Shown piece after piece: positions 35,591-43,710 of a DNA stretch of 43,710 nucleotides. Numbering within the stretch: position 1 is the stretch's first letter; each line of letters begins with the position of its first letter. Position numbers and translations under genes: made by a program. The stretch is from Nanobdellota archaeon. Its GTDB lineage: Archaea; Nanobdellota; Nanobdellia; Pacearchaeales; GW2011-AR1. Location of the stretch: assembly GCA_028867075.1 (NCBI GenBank), contig JAGWGZ010000003.1, positions 1-43,710 of the forward strand, given 5' to 3'. The notes beneath the pieces were generated by a model. It was not told the DNA's origin, ran no database searches, and saw nothing but the letters and a program-made list of their open reading frames with translations.

Positions 35591-37027
35591 ATGGATTTCA
35601 GAGGGATACTAAAGTTCATCCCGGAGATAAAATCTCCGGAAGAGAAAAAACTCAGCTTTAAGGAAAAAGCAAAGTGGACAATTATAGTTCTTCTGGCATT
35701 TTTTGTCCTTACAAATATCCCTCTTTTCGGGCTTTCGCAGAATGCACTTTCACGGTTCCAGTATCTTGCAATAATCCTTGGAACAAATTTCGGAAGCATA
35801 ATCTCACTTGGAATAGGTCCGATTGTCATGGCTTCGGTTATCCTTCAGCTTCTTGCTGGTTCCGGAATACTCAATATAGATACCACAACTGCTGAAGGAA
35901 GAAAGTTCTTCCAGGGTCTTCAGAAGATAATGGTCTTCTTTTTCATAATATTCGAGGCTGTTGTTTACGTGATGATGCAGGGGCTTCAGGCCGCCCCAGG
36001 ATTTGCATGGCTCGTAATACTTCAACTTATCCTCGGCGGACTTGCGATTTATTACATGGACGATTTAATGACAAAATGGGGGCTTGGTTCAGGTGTCAGT
36101 TTGTTCATAGCAGCGGGAGTTTCATGGAGACTCATAACAAGCTCGTTGCAGTTTATTGATCAACAAGGAAGAAACTGCCTTCTGAATTTCTCAACAGTTC
36201 CATGCTCGGGAAAGATCCTTGTCCTGATACAATCAATTATAACAAGGCAAAATGTTGAACTTTTGTCAGCCGCTGCAGCAATTGCCGTAACAATAGGGAT
36301 TTTCCTTTTGGTTGTCTGGGCACAGAGCCTCAGAGTTGAGATTCCTCTTTCATTCGGGCGAATAAGAGGGTACACTGTAAAACAACCTTTGTCTTTCTTT
36401 TATGCCTCTGTTATTCCAGTTATTCTTACAGCAGCCCTGGTAGCAAATGTCCAGTTGTTCGGGGGAATATTTGAAAATGCTGCGACCGTGTGTGCAGCGG
36501 GGGGAGCGTGCAGCGGGCTTGCTCAGTTTGCATCTCATCTTACTTTTCTGGGGCACTTTGTGCAGGGACAGCCTGTTTCAGGATTTGCATTCTGGATCGG
36601 CTCAACGAATATTCTTGATTTGCTGATAAGGGGGGGATTCCTTCCACAATATATCCTACAGGGATTCGTACATGCTCTCTTCTTCATGTTATTCTCGACG
36701 CTGTTCGCGGTCTTCTGGGTAAAGACCTCTCAGATGGATGCAAAATCCCAGGCGCATAAGATATCCGCTTCCGGACTGCAGGTTGCGGGATTCAGGCAGG
36801 ATGAAAGAGTTTTGGAGACGATACTTGACAGGTACATAATGCCTCTCACAGTAATGGGCGGGCTTGCGATCGGATTGCTTGCGGCTATAACTGATCTTAT
36901 GGGGGCATTGGTCTCTGGAACCTCAATTCTTCTTGTAATCATGATAACAAACCAGTTCTATCAGAACATCGCTCAACAGCACCCGGAAGTTATCAATCCC
37001 TCTTTGGGGAAATTTGTAAATAAATAA
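35591..37027 (+). CDS. secY: Protein translocase subunit SecY
   Basis: LGIGPIV.AS.ILQLL, KWGLGSGVSLFIAA, FYASVIPVIL, GTSILL. Confidence 0.97.
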   Translation: MDFRGILKFIPEIKSPEEKKLSFKEKAKWTIIVLLAFFVLTNIPLFGLSQNALSRFQYLAIILGTNFGSIISLGIGPIVMASVILQLLAGSGILNIDTTTAEGRKFFQGLQKIMVFFFIIFEAVVYVMMQGLQAAPGFAWLVILQLILGGLAIYYMDDLMTKWGLGSGVSLFIAAGVSWRLITSSLQFIDQQGRNCLLNFSTVPCSGKILVLIQSIITRQNVELLSAAAAIAVTIGIFLLVVWAQSLRVEIPLSFGRIRGYTVKQPLSFFYASVIPVILTAALVANVQLFGGIFENAATVCAAGGACSGLAQFASHLTFLGHFVQGQPVSGFAFWIGSTNILDLLIRGGFLPQYILQGFVHALFFMLFSTLFAVFWVKTSQMDAKSQAHKISASGLQVAGFRQDERVLETILDRYIMPLTVMGGLAIGLLAAITDLMGALVSGTSILLVIMITNQFYQNIAQQHPEVINPSLGKFVNK

Positions 37028-37057
37028 TAATTTAAACTATTCAAAATAGATAATAAA

Positions 37058-37603
37058 ATGAACAAAGAAGGAAGTTTTATGCCTCTCGTCCTGATAATGG
37101 GCTTATCAATTATTATTGTATCCTTCTGGGACAAAATACCCTATCTTAAATCTTCTGTGGATTTTATTCTCAATCCAAGCGCAGGATGGCTTCTCAACTG
37201 GAATGCGACTCTCGGAATGTTCCTCATTGTGTTTGTAATCTCCTTTTTGACGATTCTCGTCCAGAAATATGCAACAGATCAGAAAACGCTCAGAGAACTC
37301 AGAAATGAACAAAAGATCATGCAAGAAGAGATGAAGAAAGTGAGAAATGATCCTGAAAAATTCATGGAACTCCAGAAAAAGCAGATGGAATCTGTCCAGC
37401 ACACTTTCACAAAGACATTGAAGCTTAATACCAGGCCGCTCTTATTCACAGGAGTTCCATTCATACTTTTATTCAGGTGGTTCAATGATTACTTCATTGC
37501 CAATCCCATAAACTTCCTCGGATTTTTGCCTTGGTTCTGGTTTTATCTGATTTTCACCCTGATATTCAGCGCTATTCTCAGAAAGGCAATGAACGTGGTG
37601 TGA
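37058..37603 (+). CDS. EMC3/TMCO1 family (DUF106) Oxa1-superfamily insertase
   Basis: TM-coiled coil-TM-TM, RP...T.VP.I..F.W, W..FY; after secY. Confidence 0.88.
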   Translation: MNKEGSFMPLVLIMGLSIIIVSFWDKIPYLKSSVDFILNPSAGWLLNWNATLGMFLIVFVISFLTILVQKYATDQKTLRELRNEQKIMQEEMKKVRNDPEKFMELQKKQMESVQHTFTKTLKLNTRPLLFTGVPFILLFRWFNDYFIANPINFLGFLPWFWFYLIFTLIFSAILRKAMNVV

Positions 37604-37604
37604 A

Positions 37605-37997
37605 ATGGAAAACCAGGAAGTAATATTCAGGCTTGGTATGATGGAACAACAGATGCAGCAGCTTCAGCAGCAATTTGAAGCAGTTGAAAAAGGCATAGCT
37701 GAACTCAATTCCCTCCGAGAAGGATTAAACGAGATAAATGGTTCAGAAGGCAAAGAAATTTTTGCACGAATCGGGCGGGGAATTTATGCGAAGGCAAAAA
37801 TCACATCTGAAGAATTGATGGTGAATGTCGGAGAGAATAATCTTGTAAATAAAAGCGTGGCAGATACACGGGGCCTGATTGAAGAGCAGATAAAAAGGCT
37901 GCATGATGTCCGGCAGGAACTTGAAAACAACATTGACGAGACAAATAATGAACTTCTTGCTCTAATGAAAGAATATGAAGGGCAAAAAAAAGATTAA
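37605..37997 (+). CDS. pfdA: Prefoldin alpha subunit
   Basis: Coiled coils with EIF..IG.GIY.KA and L.VNVG....V.K hairpins. Confidence 0.92.
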   Translation: MENQEVIFRLGMMEQQMQQLQQQFEAVEKGIAELNSLREGLNEINGSEGKEIFARIGRGIYAKAKITSEELMVNVGENNLVNKSVADTRGLIEEQIKRLHDVRQELENNIDETNNELLALMKEYEGQKKD

Positions 37998-38035
37998 TTG
38001 CCAAAATTTAAAAATTCAAATAGCCTCAACACGGA

Positions 38036-38890
38036 ATGTTAGAATCCCTTATTAATCCAAAGAAAGCGGAACGAAGACCATGGGAAATGTTTTTTATCGG
38101 CCTCATTTATGCTTCTCTTTCCCTTCTTCTTGTTCATTGGTTCTTTTCAGGAGACCAGATACTCTCCCAATATTCAGGAATAATCGTGGTGACTTTTTGT
38201 GTAATGTTCTCTCTGCCGTTTATGTACTTTATAATCAAGCGCGAAGAAAGGAATGATGAGGAAGAATCAGGCAGCATATGGAGAATTCACAAAGATGCAA
38301 TTTACGCGCTGATGTGGCTGTTCCTGGGATTTATTCTTGCATTTTCATTTTGGTATATTGCCCTTCATGATAACAATCTTCTCAATGCTCAGATAGGAAC
38401 ATATTGCGCGATAAACAGCCCAGGAAATGTAAGCGGATGCATAACCGAGTACATCTCGGGAACCCAGATAGCGACCGGCGCCGCAAGCTCCGGAACAATG
38501 CAATTTCTTTCTATTTTTGAGAATAATCTGCTTGTAATGATGTTCACTTTAGTTTTCTCGCTTGTGTTTGGCGCAGGTGCGATCTTTATACTCGCGTGGA
38601 ACGCGAGCGTAATCTCTGCAAGTATTGGGGTTTTCACGAGGTATAATCTGGTGGATATCCCCCTGGGATTAGCAAGATACATGATTCACGGATTTCCCGA
38701 GATAGCCTCTTATTTTATTGCTGCACTTGCAGGGGGAATCTTTGGGGTGGGAATCGCAAGGCATGGGATAAAAAACAGGATGTTCCTCAAGGTAGCAAGA
38801 CATGTGATCCTTCTGATACTTGTTGCAATTGCGCTTCTTGTCATTGCAGGCCTCATGGAAGTTTACCTGACTCCACTTCTGTTTCATTAA
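38036..38890 (+). CDS. SpoIIM (DUF95) family membrane protein
   Basis: IF.NN..V, WNA..I, HG.PEI.SY, AG..EV..TP. Confidence 0.88.
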   Translation: MLESLINPKKAERRPWEMFFIGLIYASLSLLLVHWFFSGDQILSQYSGIIVVTFCVMFSLPFMYFIIKREERNDEEESGSIWRIHKDAIYALMWLFLGFILAFSFWYIALHDNNLLNAQIGTYCAINSPGNVSGCITEYISGTQIATGAASSGTMQFLSIFENNLLVMMFTLVFSLVFGAGAIFILAWNASVISASIGVFTRYNLVDIPLGLARYMIHGFPEIASYFIAALAGGIFGVGIARHGIKNRMFLKVARHVILLILVAIALLVIAGLMEVYLTPLLFH

Positions 38891-38920
38891 GTTTAAAAGC
38901 GAAAAAAGATTTTTTCATGG

Positions 38921-39922
38921 ATGGTAAGCGTATGGCTATTTGGAACGGTCCTTGTTAGTTTTTTTGTTACTCTCTTTATAATGCCCTTTTGGATAAGAAA
39001 GGCAAAACAGATTGGGCTAGTCTGGGAAAATATGAATAAGTTCAATAAAGAAAAGAATATGGCTGGTTCCGGAGGGACTATAGCTGTTCTTGGCACGCTT
39101 ATAGGTATTTTTGTATATATCGCAATACAGACGTTCGTCTTCAAAAGTTCAGACGGAGTTATAACAGAAATTTTTGCAATAGTTAGCTCATTATTTTTAG
39201 TCGCGGGCATCGGATTGATTGATGATTTATTCGGTTGGCAAAGGGGGGGCATGTCAATTCGCTCCAGGTTAATCCTTGTCCTTTTTGCGGCCATACCGTT
39301 GATGGTGATAAATGCGGGAAATTCGAGCATTGCCGGAATCAATCTCGGACTTTTGTATCCTCTGATAATAATACCGCTTGGGGTTGTGGGGGCCACAACA
39401 ACATATAACTTTCTAGCAGGATATAATGGACTTGAGGCAAGACAGGGAATATTGATCCTTGGGGCACTTGCGCTTGCATCTTACTTGCAGGGCAATAGCT
39501 GGCTCAGCCTTATCGCATTAATAATGGTTGCGTCCCTGGTTGCATTTTATGTATTCAATAAATATCCTGCAAAAGTCCTCCCGGGAGATGTTATGACTTA
39601 TTCAATCGGCATAATGATTGCAGCAATAGCAATTTTGGGGAATTTAGAGCTCGTCGCTGTTTTGTTCTTCATACCTTACATCATTGAAACTATTCTAAAG
39701 GCGAGGGGCGGTCTGAAAAAATACAGCTTCGGAAAACCAAATCCGGATGGGAGTTTGGATCTTTTGTATGATAAATTCTATGGGCTGGAACACATAGCAC
39801 TCTATGTTCTAAAAAAGATAAAACCGAGCCACAAAGTTTATGAGAAAGATGTTGTGAATCTGATTAATGGATTTCAAATCGTGATTATCTTACTTGTCTT
39901 ATTATTTATGCATATCATCTAA
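38921..39922 (+). CDS. Polyprenyl-phosphate GlcNAc-1-phosphate transferase (AglH/GPT/MraY-like)
   Basis: G.IDD, N.LAGYNGLE, FN.YPAKV.PGD. Confidence 0.9.
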   Translation: MVSVWLFGTVLVSFFVTLFIMPFWIRKAKQIGLVWENMNKFNKEKNMAGSGGTIAVLGTLIGIFVYIAIQTFVFKSSDGVITEIFAIVSSLFLVAGIGLIDDLFGWQRGGMSIRSRLILVLFAAIPLMVINAGNSSIAGINLGLLYPLIIIPLGVVGATTTYNFLAGYNGLEARQGILILGALALASYLQGNSWLSLIALIMVASLVAFYVFNKYPAKVLPGDVMTYSIGIMIAAIAILGNLELVAVLFFIPYIIETILKARGGLKKYSFGKPNPDGSLDLLYDKFYGLEHIALYVLKKIKPSHKVYEKDVVNLINGFQIVIILLVLLFMHII

Positions 39923-39923
39923 A

Positions 39924-41072
39924 ATGGATTCAATACCAAAGAAAATTGCCCTTTTCCACCCTTGGATAAAAAGTAAGGGCGGGGCAGAGAGAGTTATCCT
40001 TGAATTGCTCAAAAAATCCAGACATAACATTGATATATATACATGGGCTTATGACAGAGAAAATACTTTTCAGGAATTTGAGAATTACAAGATAAATGTT
40101 ATTTCACCCTTGCTTGGAAAGAAGATGTCGCGGTTTTATATTCTTCGGGGATTATTTCTTCCATTGAGCATCTTAAAAAAGATTCCATTGTCAAGATATG
40201 ACAAGTTATTAATATCCACCTCTGGAATAGCAGAATTCTTAACATTCAGAAATTACAAAAGGGGCAGAACCTATGCTTATGTCCACACCCCACTCAGAGA
40301 AGCAAGTGATAAAATAGTAAAGTGGAATCTTGAAAACCGTTATTCTCAGAAGCCCCTTAGCAAATATCTTTATTTGATAGCTGTAAAGACTTACAAAATC
40401 TTTGAAAAGATTGCCTGGAAACGGCTGGATGTTGTCATATTCAATTCTAAGTTAAGCAAATCAAGGGCAGAGGAAAGGAATCTCATTATCAATAAAGAAT
40501 CGCATGTCGTTTATCCCCCTCTGAGTTTATCCGAGTTTAAGACGGGGGAAGACAAGAAATATTTCTTGTATGTATCCCGATTAAATCCTCCGAAAAGGCA
40601 GGATGTTCTGATTGAAGCTTGGAAGATATTTTCAGAGAAACATAAAGAGTTTAAACTTGTAATTATCGGAACACCTGAAAATGAAAGATATTATCGAGAG
40701 CTCTTGAAATCTTCTGCAGGCATAAGGTCAATAGAAGTTAAACCATACGTGTCCGATAAGGATTTAAGGACGCTGTATTCACACTGTACTGCCGGACTTT
40801 TCATCGGTTATCAGGAGGATTTTGGAATTGTTCCCTTAGAGATATTATCTTCAGGGAAGCCCCTCATTGCAGTGGATGAGGGGGGATATGTTGAATTAGT
40901 GAAGAACCATCCCCATTTCCATGCAATAAAAGAGAGACATACCAGAGAAGAGATGATTCGAGAAATTGCAACTGAACTTGAATCATTTCTGAAGAAGAGA
41001 TTTCCTAAGAAAGTTGAAAAGATAAAAGTTAAGAGTTTCATAAATGAGATGGATCAAATTTTGGGAAAATGA
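39924..41072 (+). CDS. GT4 family glycosyltransferase (Alg2-like)
   Basis: HP....GGAER, Y.HTP.R, SR....KR, EDFGIVPLE. Confidence 0.9.
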   Translation: MDSIPKKIALFHPWIKSKGGAERVILELLKKSRHNIDIYTWAYDRENTFQEFENYKINVISPLLGKKMSRFYILRGLFLPLSILKKIPLSRYDKLLISTSGIAEFLTFRNYKRGRTYAYVHTPLREASDKIVKWNLENRYSQKPLSKYLYLIAVKTYKIFEKIAWKRLDVVIFNSKLSKSRAEERNLIINKESHVVYPPLSLSEFKTGEDKKYFLYVSRLNPPKRQDVLIEAWKIFSEKHKEFKLVIIGTPENERYYRELLKSSAGIRSIEVKPYVSDKDLRTLYSHCTAGLFIGYQEDFGIVPLEILSSGKPLIAVDEGGYVELVKNHPHFHAIKERHTREEMIREIATELESFLKKRFPKKVEKIKVKSFINEMDQILGK

Positions 41073-41962
41073 CATCAAGAAATAAGAAATTGCCTTTGGT
41101 ATGCATCATAATCCTTAATCTTAATGGGAAAAGTTTTACTGAGAATTGTTTGAACTCCATACAAGAAAACACAGCCTATAAGCAGTATCGCACCATCGTA
41201 GTTGATAATAACTCCACGGATGGTTCGCGGGAGATGATAAAATCCAGATTTAAATGGGTGAATCTGATAGAGAATACGGAAAACAGGGGATTTTCCGGAG
41301 GAAACAATGACGGAATATCGTGGGCTATCAAGAGATATAATCCGGACTACTTTTATCTGCTTAACAATGATACTTTGGTAATGGATGGGTGGCTTAGCGA
41401 AGCGATAAAAACTGCGGAACATGATAGCAAGATAGGTATTGTCGGGAGCAAGCAGTTTAATTTTGATAAGGAACCAACAATAAGTGCTGGTTGGATTAAA
41501 ACGACAGGTGTAAAGTACTATTATGGTGATGAAGACAGGGAGGTTAGTTGGGTGTCCGGCGCAGGATTTTTAATAAAAAAAGAGGCAATAATGAAGATTG
41601 GCCTATTCGATGAGATGTATAATCCAGCATATTATGAAGAGACTGATTTTGAAAGAAGGGCCATAATGGCCGGGTTTAAGATCTTTCATTCAATTAAATC
41701 TGTTTTCCTGCATGCCGGAGGCGGCACGACAAAAAATGAGAAGCAAAAAGATTATAATGTAATCTTCTACCGGAATAGAGCCCGATTTTTCTCCAAATAC
41801 AATCCTGTAGGATTAATCTTTCGGTTTTTTACAGATATTATAAGAGCTGGGGGCCGGATAATCTGGATCGATTTAGTCAGATCTTATTTCTTGGGAATAA
41901 AAGACAGAAATAAAAATGAAATAAAATATCCTTATAACCTAGAAAAGAATGAAACCGATTAA
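41069..41962 (+). CDS. GT2 family glycosyltransferase
   Basis: VVDNNSTDGS, N.GFSGGNN, LLNNDT, YYEETD. Confidence 0.92.
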   Translation: MTSRNKKLPLVCIIILNLNGKSFTENCLNSIQENTAYKQYRTIVVDNNSTDGSREMIKSRFKWVNLIENTENRGFSGGNNDGISWAIKRYNPDYFYLLNNDTLVMDGWLSEAIKTAEHDSKIGIVGSKQFNFDKEPTISAGWIKTTGVKYYYGDEDREVSWVSGAGFLIKKEAIMKIGLFDEMYNPAYYEETDFERRAIMAGFKIFHSIKSVFLHAGGGTTKNEKQKDYNVIFYRNRARFFSKYNPVGLIFRFFTDIIRAGGRIIWIDLVRSYFLGIKDRNKNEIKYPYNLEKNETD

Positions 41963-43049
41963 AGTTTACTTGCAGTATCCCTGGAAATTCCCAGATTCCC
42001 CCTACTATAAGTCTCTTGTAGAAAATCCTCCGAAGGGAGTTGAATTCTTAAATGCAGTCAAGGGCGGCGGAGCAATAACAAATAAGCATATGTTTAAAAT
42101 TTCGGGAATAGCAAAAAGACTCATCCGGCTTGGATTTAAGATTGTTTATCCTTCAATCCCGAATGCCCATTATCCGCGTAAGGGAGATTATGATCTGATT
42201 CATTGCGCTCATTGCCTTTCCATAAGCAAAGATAAACCATGGGTTGCAGACATAGAGATGAATACTTCGATGTTTTTGACGGGTAGAATTGGCAAATTGG
42301 GCGAAAGAAAAATAAGGAATTTAGTAATGGATAGCAAGTGTAAGAAGTTATTACCTTGGACAGAATATGCAAAACAGGGGATACTGGATGTTTTTCCTGA
42401 GTTCGGGAAGAAATTGGAAGTAGTATATCCCGCAATACCTGCAAGAAAGAATCTTAAAAAAAGCAGTAATAAAAGACTAAGAATACTTTTCGTTGCAAGA
42501 TACTTTGACATAAAGGGAGGTCTTATAGCCTTGGAAATTCTTGAAAGGCTAAGGGCAAAATATGGGGTTGAGGGAATCATTGTATCTGTCGTCCCTGATG
42601 AAATAAAATTAAGATACCCTCATCTGAAGATTTATAATCTTATGCCGCAGCAAGAATTATTTCAGCTTATGGAATCTTCTGATCTTTTTCTATACCCCGG
42701 ATCCTATGATACCTTTGGGTTTGCTCTTCTTGAAGCTATGAGTTTTGGCCTTCCAATACTGACCATAATTACTCCAAATTCCGCGAGCAGAAAAGAAATT
42801 GTCTCTGCCGGAAAAACAGGAGAATATATAGAACTGGATAAAAATCTCTCCGGAACATCAATAGGAGAATATGAAGAGAGAGCAATTTCTGAGATAATGA
42901 AGAAGGCCGAATTATTTATTAAAAACAGGAAGAGAATTGAAGTGATGAAAAAACAATGCCTTAAAGAAATCTCTTCCGGAAGATTCTCACTCGTCAAAAG
43001 GAATAAACAGTTACGGAGGATATATGAAGAAGCAATCAGGCAAAGATAA
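41949..43049 (+). CDS. GT4 family glycosyltransferase
   Basis: FVAR....KG, DTFGFALLEAMSFGLP. Confidence 0.9.
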   Translation: MKPIKVYLQYPWKFPDSPYYKSLVENPPKGVEFLNAVKGGGAITNKHMFKISGIAKRLIRLGFKIVYPSIPNAHYPRKGDYDLIHCAHCLSISKDKPWVADIEMNTSMFLTGRIGKLGERKIRNLVMDSKCKKLLPWTEYAKQGILDVFPEFGKKLEVVYPAIPARKNLKKSSNKRLRILFVARYFDIKGGLIALEILERLRAKYGVEGIIVSVVPDEIKLRYPHLKIYNLMPQQELFQLMESSDLFLYPGSYDTFGFALLEAMSFGLPILTIITPNSASRKEIVSAGKTGEYIELDKNLSGTSIGEYEERAISEIMKKAELFIKNRKRIEVMKKQCLKEISSGRFSLVKRNKQLRRIYEEAIRQR

Positions 43050-43710
43050 GGAAATAGAAGTCTCATTCATAATTGTAAATTATAATGGCGGGGAGACTCT
43101 TGAGAGAGCCATCAGATCAATAAAGGAGCAGAATTTTTCCGAAGACAAACGGGAGATAATACTTGTAGATAATAATTCCGGAGATGGAAGCGCGGATGAA
43201 TTTGCAGATGATAAAAGTATTACACTAATACGGTCGGATGAGAATCTTGGTTTTGCAGGAGGAAATAATCTGGGGATTGACAAAAGCTCCGGAAAATATC
43301 TTGCATTGATAAATAATGATGTTCTTCTGGATAGAGATTGGACAAGAAAGATAGTCTCCAAGATGAACAGTGATTACAAGATAGGTATTATTGGAAATGA
43401 GATATTTCTAAGAGACACAGGCATTGTCTGGCATGGGGGGGCAAAAATCTTCTTTCCAGGCTTTGTGAAACATCTAAATATAAAAAAAGAAAGTGAAATG
43501 AACTTCGTAAACTTTGCTTCGGTAATGATAAGAAGAGACGCAAATGTAAGATTCGATGAGAATTTCTTTATGTACTATGAAGACGTAGATTACTGCAGGC
43601 AAATAATGAAAAAGGGTCTGAAGATTGTCTACATGCCTGAAGCAAAATCTTACCACTTCATAAAACCAAGGAGGGCATCAGCTGCTGAAGAGTATTATAT
43701 CAACCGGAAT
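43024..43710 (+). CDS. GT2 family glycosyltransferase, truncated by the window end; not in the ORF track
   Basis: Manual translation: VSFIIVNYNG, LVDNNSGDGS, NLGFAGGNN, LINND, FFMYYEDVD; open to 43710. Confidence 0.9.
   Translation, partial: MKKQSGKDKEIEVSFIIVNYNGGETLERAIRSIKEQNFSEDKREIILVDNNSGDGSADEFADDKSITLIRSDENLGFAGGNNLGIDKSSGKYLALINNDVLLDRDWTRKIVSKMNSDYKIGIIGNEIFLRDTGIVWHGGAKIFFPGFVKHLNIKKESEMNFVNFASVMIRRDANVRFDENFFMYYEDVDYCRQIMKKGLKIVYMPEAKSYHFIKPRRASAAEEYYINRN

Noticed and set aside
1-43710. CRISPR array, DGR, transposase, intein or rRNA
   Set aside because: No periodic repeats, RT/transposase motifs, intein-sized insertions or rRNA-like segments seen

Overview
Core chromosomal region of a small-genome DPANN archaeon, most consistent with Pacearchaeota (short archaeosortase, archaeal-type ribosomal proteins, TATA-driven mostly leaderless genes). 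Left (1-8 kb): cell-surface block with the major S-layer gene, a structured intergenic element, two paralogous membrane-anchored proteins, and a DedA / archaeosortase / PAP2 / C-terminally anchored surface protein cluster. Middle (8-24 kb): sepF, pfdB, rpo12, rpl37ae, tRNA-Pro, the ftsZ-secE-spt5-rpl11 cluster interrupted by a 2 kb TolB-like lipoprotein gene, FKBP PPIase, aIF5A, rpl40e, site-2 protease, a small CARF-like protein, rpl1-rpl10-rpl12, intron-containing tRNA-Thr, XPD/DinG-like helicase, tRNA-Ser, AI-2E transporter. Right (24-43.7 kb): the S10/spc ribosomal superoperon through secY, EMC3/TMCO1, pfdA, SpoIIM-like and a glycosylation locus. Strongest second-look items: (1) unannotated tiny 'bridge' ORFs in the ribosomal operons with a shared TAA-A-ATG...GGAG(A/G)TTTTGCA-TAATG design; (2) a circularly permuted uL1-binding mRNA leader covering the rpl1 SD; (3) a sortase/flippase/phosphatase module driven from one palindromic bidirectional TATA box; (4) a standalone CARF-like protein. 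No CRISPR array, integrase, transposase or rRNA was seen. All family calls are from motif recognition by eye, not database searches.
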